In this document: positions 31,438 to 32,496 of the stretch, piece by piece | Position numbering within the stretch: position 1 is the stretch's first letter | How the letters are laid out: each line of letters opens with the position of its first letter | Made by a program: the position numbers and the translations under genes | The notes under the pieces: generated by a model | Databases searched by the model: none | What the model was told of the DNA's origin: nothing | Seen by the model: the letters and a program-made list of their open reading frames with translations, nothing else | Source: Chloroflexota bacterium | GTDB taxonomy: Bacteria > Chloroflexota > Anaerolineae > B4-G1 > SLSP01 | Length of the DNA: 32,496 bases | NCBI GenBank assembly: GCA_009908585.1 | Contig: JAAAOZ010000004.1 | Coordinates: 1 to 32,496, forward strand | Direction of reading: 5' to 3'

Positions 31438-31890
31438 ATGCCGACCATTCAAGGCCCAGCGTATCCAGGAGGTTTTTTTGTTTCCCCGATAGTCGCGATA
31501 GATTCTGGTACAGGCGACTTGTCACATAATACAGCAGGATATGTCTATCTTGACCAAGCAAACATCTCGAAAACCCACGTCCAGACGACACTCCCTAGAA
31601 AGTTTTCAACCCTGAAAGCCGTCTTTGCAGATGGTATCATGAACACCGGTGATGTCGTGCTTTCCGCGACAATCATCAAAGTCGACGCAAGCGGAAACAC
31701 AGTTTTGAAAACTATAACGGATGAGGTGGTGGCTATACCCTCCGGCCTTGGCCGCACCTACGGGCTTGAATTTGACGTGAGCGACATCGACCCATCCGAC
31801 GTGCTACTGATCAAGATCGAACGCGACCCCACCAACGGAAGCGACACTTTCTCCGCACTCCTCAGCTTTGACGGATGGTTATTTGAATGA
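31438..31890 (+). CDS. hypothetical small beta-rich tail-region protein (150 aa; alternative start 31366)
   Basis: ATG at 31438 lies 6 nt after AGGAGGA. The alternative ATG at 31366 is in an ATGA overlap with the upstream stop. The region is visibly AT-richer. Confidence 0.6.
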   Translation: MPTIQGPAYPGGFFVSPIVAIDSGTGDLSHNTAGYVYLDQANISKTHVQTTLPRKFSTLKAVFADGIMNTGDVVLSATIIKVDASGNTVLKTITDEVVAIPSGLGRTYGLEFDVSDIDPSDVLLIKIERDPTNGSDTFSALLSFDGWLFE

Positions 31891-32496
31891 TCCATGATGG
31901 CCGTGTTTTAGGCTTACCGCTCGTTAATTACAGCGGTACAAAAGATGGGATCGAAGCCCTCTCCCTGACCAGTGATGATGCCGGCGCCCTCGCCTACGCA
32001 GAAGATGATGGCGAGTTAGGCGTCTACAACGGAACGACATGGGAGTGGGGAGCACTCGCCGACTACCTGACAGCGGCGGAACACACGGCCATCGGGGATG
32101 CATCACCACATCACGTGCGCTACAGCGACGCCGAGGCGTCGGCAGCGGCCCCCGTGCAATCAGTAGATGGAGCGACCGGCGCGGTCGATCTCTCCGGTAG
32201 CTACGAGACCCTGGGCGCGGTTGCAACCCACGCGGCCATCACGGACGCACATCACGACCCCGTGACACTGGCCGGGGCCTACGATTACCTTAGCATCGCA
32301 GGCCAGCAGATCACGCTGGGCCAGATTGACCTCACGACCGATGTAACAGGCCAGCTTCCGGCGGCCAACATCGGCGCGCACGCCTCCACGCACGAAAGCG
32401 GCGGCGCGGATACCATCGACCACGACAACCTGGTAGGATTCGCAGCGAATGAGCACATAGATCATACGAGCGTCACGCTGACGGCGGGCGACGGAC
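31887..32496 (+). CDS. tail fibre protein, 5' part (open at window end)
   Basis: ATGA overlap at 31887-31890. The frame stays open to the window end and is not in the ORF track because it has no stop. Repeated His motifs (SPHHV, DAHHDP, HASTHE, NEHIDH) are typical of fibre shafts and tips. Confidence 0.7.
   Translation, partial: MIHDGRVLGLPLVNYSGTKDGIEALSLTSDDAGALAYAEDDGELGVYNGTTWEWGALADYLTAAEHTAIGDASPHHVRYSDAEASAAAPVQSVDGATGAVDLSGSYETLGAVATHAAITDAHHDPVTLAGAYDYLSIAGQQITLGQIDLTTDVTGQLPAANIGAHASTHESGGADTIDHDNLVGFAANEHIDHTSVTLTAGDG

Noticed and set aside
1-32496. Search by eye for tRNA/tmRNA, integrase/att sites, lysis cassette and reverse transcriptase/DGR
   Set aside because: I found no T-loop or anticodon-arm-like sequences in intergenic DNA, no tyrosine- or serine-recombinase motifs, no lysozyme, amidase or holin-endolysin pair, and no RT motifs in any ORF of the window.

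Overview
This window is a contiguous piece of a tailed-phage genome (siphovirus type: tube protein, G/GT chaperone, very long tape measure, no sheath), and it carries plasmid-like maintenance genes. Every convincing gene is on the + strand. Most genes have GGAGG-type RBSs and are translationally coupled through ATGA, TAATG or GTGA overlaps. Layout: (i) 1-4.1 kb holds an extended -10 promoter, a ~180-nt structured leader RNA, a ParB-like protein, a replication initiator with iteron arrays inside its own gene, a DnaC/IstB-like loader, small Zn-ribbon proteins and a Vsr/DUF559-like nuclease. (ii) 4.1-7.9 kb is an operon behind a promoter guarded by a 24-bp palindrome. It encodes Zn-ribbon proteins, an HNH protein, two tandem paralogs, a possible TGT/DpdA-like TIM-barrel protein, a ParM-type actin ATPase and a small RHH-like partner. 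(iii) 7.9-11.8 kb is an accessory block of membrane proteins, an FtsK/SpoIIIE-like ATPase bracketed by ~65-bp structured direct repeats, a 47-aa ORF and a HAD phosphatase. (iv) 11.8-32.5 kb is a late operon that begins with a consensus promoter, an operator-like inverted repeat and a strong terminator. It runs from a Mu-I-like protease/scaffold (with a frame break) through a DUF2190-like protein, major capsid, connector proteins, tube, G/GT chaperone with an A_AAA_AAA slip site, a Mu-gpG-like protein, a 2304-aa tape measure and tail tip/fibre proteins; the last fibre gene is open at the window end. I saw no integrase, terminase, portal, lysis genes, tRNA or CRISPR. Functional calls rest on motifs I recognise by eye and on gene order; no database search was possible.
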